DNA from: an uncultured Gemmatimonadaceae bacterium | GTDB taxonomy: Bacteria > Gemmatimonadota > Gemmatimonadetes > Gemmatimonadales > Gemmatimonadaceae | Length of the DNA: 64,000 bases | Reading direction: 5' to 3' | Assembly (NCBI GenBank): GCA_963817955.1 | Contig: CAWFQK010000004.1 | Location: forward strand, 1,216,001-1,280,000 | Shown here: in pieces, positions 59,969 through 64,000 of the stretch | Numbering within the stretch: position 1 is the stretch's first letter | Layout of the letters: every line of letters starts with the position of its first letter | Notes under the pieces: generated by a model | Told to the model about the DNA's origin: nothing | Seen by the model: the letters and a program-made list of their open reading frames with translations, nothing else | Databases searched by the model: none | Position numbers and translations under genes: made by a program

Positions 59969-62900
59969 ATGATTGTCATTCACACGCTCGGCGCGGCGCT
60001 CATTGATCTGGGCGACACGCGCCTCACGCCGACATCGTCGCGGAAATTTGCTCTACTTTTGCACTTGGCGGCGAGGAGCGGCCACCGCGTGTCACGCGCG
60101 GTGTTGCGAGATCTGATCTTTGGAGACCAAGACGACACGCACGCGCTGCATTCGCTCCGCGAGGCCGTCTATCAACTGCGCTACATGGGCGCGCCGATCG
60201 AGTCGATTGGTGACATGCTCGAGCTGCCGGCGACTGCCGTGCAGAACGACGTGGACGAATTCGTCAACGCCGAGCAGTTGAGCGCAACGCAGATCGCAGC
60301 CGCGCACGGTGGCTTCCTTCCGGCCTACGCGCCCAGCCTGTCCGAAGCATTCACCGAATGGCTCGAAGGCTATCGTGCCGAATCGACCTTCGCGGTGTGC
60401 AAGGCCCTGAATCGGGCCGCCGAGGGTGCGCGCAGCGTATGCGATTGGCTCATGACCGAGCACGCCGCACGGGCATGCCTGGCACTCAGCCCGTGGAACG
60501 CTGCGGCGACGCGATGCTTGGCACAGGCGCTGGCGGCCGGTGGGGCAAGGGTGGAGGCCATGCAATTGTTGGACAAATACATGGCGGAAATGGGGCCCGG
60601 ATCGGCGGACCTGAAGGTGTCGGCGGAGCTGTTGAGGTGGCGGATTGGGGAGCGGTTGTCGAATACGTATCAGCCGGATCACCTCCGTTTTGTCGGCCGC
60701 GAAGAGGAAATCCGCGTACTCAAGAATCGTCTGGTGCTCGCACGGTCTGGAATTCCCCAATGCATCGTTCTGACCGGAGAGTCGGGAATTGGTACGACAC
60801 GCATCGCGAGCGAGATATCAGCGATAGCAGTCTTCGGCGGCTGGGTAGTCCAGCGATTCATCTCGCAATCGCAAGATGTCCAGCGGCCGATGAGCGCGTT
60901 TACCGATCTTGCTCCAAAGCTCGTCGACCTTCCGGGCGCTGGCGGATCCGACCCCGAATCGATCGCTTCAATCGCTCGACTAAGCAATCGCATTGGCGCA
61001 ACGTTTGATATCGCAGCCGCAACCGAGATGTCCGACGTGCGAAACGCCGCGTTCGTTCACACGATTTGCGACGTCATCGGTGCTCTGACAATTGAGGCGC
61101 CACTCATGCTCGTTCTTGAGGACGCGCACTGGCTCGATGCGGCATCATGGGGCCTCGTCGCTCGCTTGGCTTCGTCGAGTAGTAGTGGGCGGTTAGCCAT
61201 CTTGCTGACGAGTCGACAGGATGCACCAGTCCCAGTAAGCATGATGAGTCACGCACACTTGCTTCAACTGGTAATCGGCCCGCTGAGCCCAGCGGCGACG
61301 GGCACGATTATTGACGCGCACCTACCAAAACGATTTTGCGCCGACCCTGCGGCCGTGGCGTGGGTCCACCGCATCGGCGCTGGCAACCCGTTACATCTTC
61401 AATATCTAATAGATCACATCAAGACAACGGGTGAGCATTCCAGCATTCCGCTTCCACTTGCGGCATTAATCGATCAACGACTGACGGGTCTTTCGCCCAT
61501 CGCAACTGAAGTGCTCCTGTTGATTTCATTGCTGGGAAAGCACGCGACTTACGATCGCCTCACCCAAGCCTTGCAGGTCCCGTGGGCTGAAGCGCTCTCC
61601 GCTGTGCGCGAGCTGGAGTCTGCACATATGATTGCGGAAGACGACGGACGTATTGAACCGATCCACACGCTAATTGCTGAGGGACTGGAGCGACGTAATC
61701 CACCTATTACTGCGAAGCTCGCGCGCCAGCGCGTTGCGATCATACTTCTTGCCGAGTCGGAGGGCAGCCAGAACGCAGCATTGCTGTGGGCTGCCGCGGA
61801 CCTTTGCGTTGCGTCCAGCATGACATCCGAAGCCATCAAAGCGTTACGGGCATGCGCTGGCCACTCCCTCACTCTTGGACGGGCGCGCGAAGCTGCGCAA
61901 TCTCTCTTGCGTGCGGCAGGACTACTACCGCAAGCAGAGCGCAAATCGCTCGTGTCTGAGGCTGTACGAATTGCTGCCGGATCAGAATTGGATCTGACGA
62001 TTCAAGCCATACAACTCCTGGGCCGCCGGCCGGAAGCTGAGCACCACGACGATTTCGAATTAGCGAGTCTACAGGCTGAGCTCTCTGAATCGAAACAGGG
62101 CGACGACTCTTACTTGCGTTTGCTAGACTGCATTGCTTCGACATCCGCGCGCATCGACCACCGTCTCGGCGCGGCATTGTCGCTGTTAATGTACTGCGAT
62201 CATTCCCACGACATGGCGCTCGCTCATAAGGTGTTTGCCGTTGTCCAAATGATCGCAGATTCTGGAACCGAACACGATCGATTGTTAGTACTAAAGTCGC
62301 AGCTGGTGTTCCACACATGCGTCGGAGACAGCTCCACCGCAGCTACGATCGCAAGGTCGCTCTTGGTTGCGGCGGCCGATGCTCGTCCGGACGTGGCGGC
62401 GGATCTGCAGCGCAAAGCCGCGATTGGATTCTGGCGCTCGGGGCACACTTCTGAAGCGCTCGCCGCTTTCAGGGATTCTTATGCGACTGCTCGCGAGTGC
62501 GGTCTGCTGCGCCTTCAATTCCATCTAGCACTGATGTTGGCAAGTGAGTACTCAGATATCGCGAATCCAGACGAGTCCCAGCTTTGGATCGACAGAGCCC
62601 AGGAAGTTGCCTCGGACCTTCCCAATCTTATGTCGTCGTTCTTCTATTTCAGCGTCCGCGGCGATCTTGCTCTCGCAAGCGGCGATACGGATGAGCTACG
62701 GCGACTGAATGCTGTATCCACGGCGTTCGGCACGCAGAACGAACGAGCGAGGCGAAGAACCGCCGCATTGTCGTTGCTCGTGAGACATTTGGATTCGCAT
62801 GCGCCTTCGACCGAGGACGTCGTTGAAGCGATGACTTCTCATCATCGCCCGGCTAGCGAACTAGGCGACAGTAGCGATTTTGAAGTGGCAGTACTCGCTG

Positions 62901-63052
62901 CAATTCTGACAGAACGCGATGAGCGCGCGACAGCGATTGGCCGGATCGGTCGCTATCTCGATCACTATAGACGGGACAAGTCCCCTATCCTGGCTGCCCT
63001 GAGAATCGCAATGGGCAGGCTCGGCGCATTGCGTCACGAGTCAGCTGATTAG
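59969..63052 (+). CDS. AfsR/SARP-like regulator: wHTH-BTAD-AAA ATPase-TPR
   Basis: IHTLG, SRAVLRDLIF, HSLREAVYQLR, F.EWL, FVGREEE, GESGIGTT, LVLEDAHWLD, GNPL; helical C-terminus. Confidence 0.88.
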   Translation: MIVIHTLGAALIDLGDTRLTPTSSRKFALLLHLAARSGHRVSRAVLRDLIFGDQDDTHALHSLREAVYQLRYMGAPIESIGDMLELPATAVQNDVDEFVNAEQLSATQIAAAHGGFLPAYAPSLSEAFTEWLEGYRAESTFAVCKALNRAAEGARSVCDWLMTEHAARACLALSPWNAAATRCLAQALAAGGARVEAMQLLDKYMAEMGPGSADLKVSAELLRWRIGERLSNTYQPDHLRFVGREEEIRVLKNRLVLARSGIPQCIVLTGESGIGTTRIASEISAIAVFGGWVVQRFISQSQDVQRPMSAFTDLAPKLVDLPGAGGSDPESIASIARLSNRIGATFDIAAATEMSDVRNAAFVHTICDVIGALTIEAPLMLVLEDAHWLDAASWGLVARLASSSSSGRLAILLTSRQDAPVPVSMMSHAHLLQLVIGPLSPAATGTIIDAHLPKRFCADPAAVAWVHRIGAGNPLHLQYLIDHIKTTGEHSSIPLPLAALIDQRLTGLSPIATEVLLLISLLGKHATYDRLTQALQVPWAEALSAVRELESAHMIAEDDGRIEPIHTLIAEGLERRNPPITAKLARQRVAIILLAESEGSQNAALLWAAADLCVASSMTSEAIKALRACAGHSLTLGRAREAAQSLLRAAGLLPQAERKSLVSEAVRIAAGSELDLTIQAIQLLGRRPEAEHHDDFELASLQAELSESKQGDDSYLRLLDCIASTSARIDHRLGAALSLLMYCDHSHDMALAHKVFAVVQMIADSGTEHDRLLVLKSQLVFHTCVGDSSTAATIARSLLVAAADARPDVAADLQRKAAIGFWRSGHTSEALAAFRDSYATARECGLLRLQFHLALMLASEYSDIANPDESQLWIDRAQEVASDLPNLMSSFFYFSVRGDLALASGDTDELRRLNAVSTAFGTQNERARRRTAALSLLVRHLDSHAPSTEDVVEAMTSHHRPASELGDSSDFEVAVLAAILTERDERATAIGRIGRYLDHYRRDKSPILAALRIAMGRLGALRHESAD

Positions 63053-63064
63053 CGCAACGGCCGA

Positions 63065-64000
63065 TCAGCTACTGCGAACCGATGCCCGTCCGTATTGGCG
63101 GCGAGGCGAGATCACCGCGAATGGCGCTCGCGCGACTGTCTCGCTGTATGTAGAGGCTGAAGCAAATAGGGAGAACCACAGCGGGCTCGAAAGAAGCCGA
63201 TCCGCGATCGAGGGATCAAACTGAGTTCCGCGGCACCGCACGACCTCCGAACGCACCTGAGGCTCAGTGAGTGGCGCCCGATAGGGACGTTGCGACGTCA
63301 TCGCGTCGATCGTGTCCGCGAACCGAATGATGCGTGCAGCCAAAGGTATCAAATCGCCGGCCAATCCATTGGGATATCCCGTACCATCCCAATTCTCGTG
63401 GTGGTGTCTGAATCGCTGGTACAATCTCGCGAAGACGAGTCATCGTCGCGATCAGATTCGCCCCATCAACCGAGTGTTCCTGAATCAGCGCCCACTCATC
63501 CGGAGTTAGTTTCTCGGTCTTCGACAACACTTTCGCATATTTCTCATGAATCTTGCCGACATCGTGCAGCAGCGCCGATTGACCGACCTGCTCCACGACA
63601 CGCTCGCTGAGTAACAGCGCCCGAGCAATGACAACAGAGTAATGCTGTACCCGCCGCGAATGGCCTGATGTGTAGGGATCGCGCGCTTCAATCGACTTCA
63701 CCATCAACTCGAGCAGTTCCTCGTTCGTCCGCTCCAATTCCAGATTGTTTTGTGGACCTGCCGCAACCCAAGGATCGGCACCCAGAGCGTTGCTGCGGCA
63801 AGCCAGCCGAACGCTACGTACACCCAAGCAAAGAACAGAACAAGCGGAGCGGTAAGGAGATCCAGAACGATCATCGAGCCGGTGTTCTGGAACCAAACAC
63901 GCCAAATCGACTTCCCGGCCTCGATGGCGATTACGCCAGCAACCACAAGGTTGTTTAGAAGCAGGCCGCAAGCGAACGCCAGCAATGCAGCGACCCCCGC
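63065..64000 (-). pseudogene. Membrane-anchored HD-GYP c-di-GMP phosphodiesterase with two frameshifts; continues beyond the window
   Basis: Three frame segments: TM region ...LGLRQVHKT; NLELERTNEELL..IEARDPYTSGHSRRV..LLHDVGK; RHHHENWDGTGYP..ARII..ADTIDAMTS.RPYR..GTQFDP. Confidence 0.85.

Overview
High-GC bacterial DNA. The gene repertoire (VPS10-like hydrolase, ADOP-type permeases, M14/M28 peptidases, Ser/Thr kinases, BTAD-AAA regulator) suggests Gemmatimonadota; this is inference, not a search result. Bases 1-49,300 are mostly ordinary chromosome: secreted hydrolases and peptidases, a ygiB/ygiC-like pair, cysK, a hybrid histidine kinase, an MFP-permease-TolC efflux operon, xylB with a sugar ABC transporter, a MATE transporter, a diguanylate cyclase and two kinase-family genes. 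These are interspersed with short dispersed repeats: GGGACAC/GAGACAC heptamer runs, a ~140-bp dispersed element and CTCAGGATGACA repeats. From ~50,750 to the end is a decaying accessory region. It holds BrnT/BrnA, two ABC-permease remnants, an Ig-TPR-AraC-wHTH operon, AbiEi with a truncated AbiEii, an IS21 istB remnant, a truncated tatC, a BTAD-AAA regulator with an altered Walker A, and a twice-frameshifted HD-GYP gene. The most striking unexplained structure is a ~600-bp array of about 29 degenerate 21-bp units (50131-50736). It does not keep a reading frame, its consensus drifts from one end to the other, and it lies directly upstream of an uncharacterised 236-aa helical protein gene (49326-50036), separated by a 10-bp perfect hairpin. 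No rRNA, tRNA or CRISPR array was found. All family calls come from motif recognition by eye.
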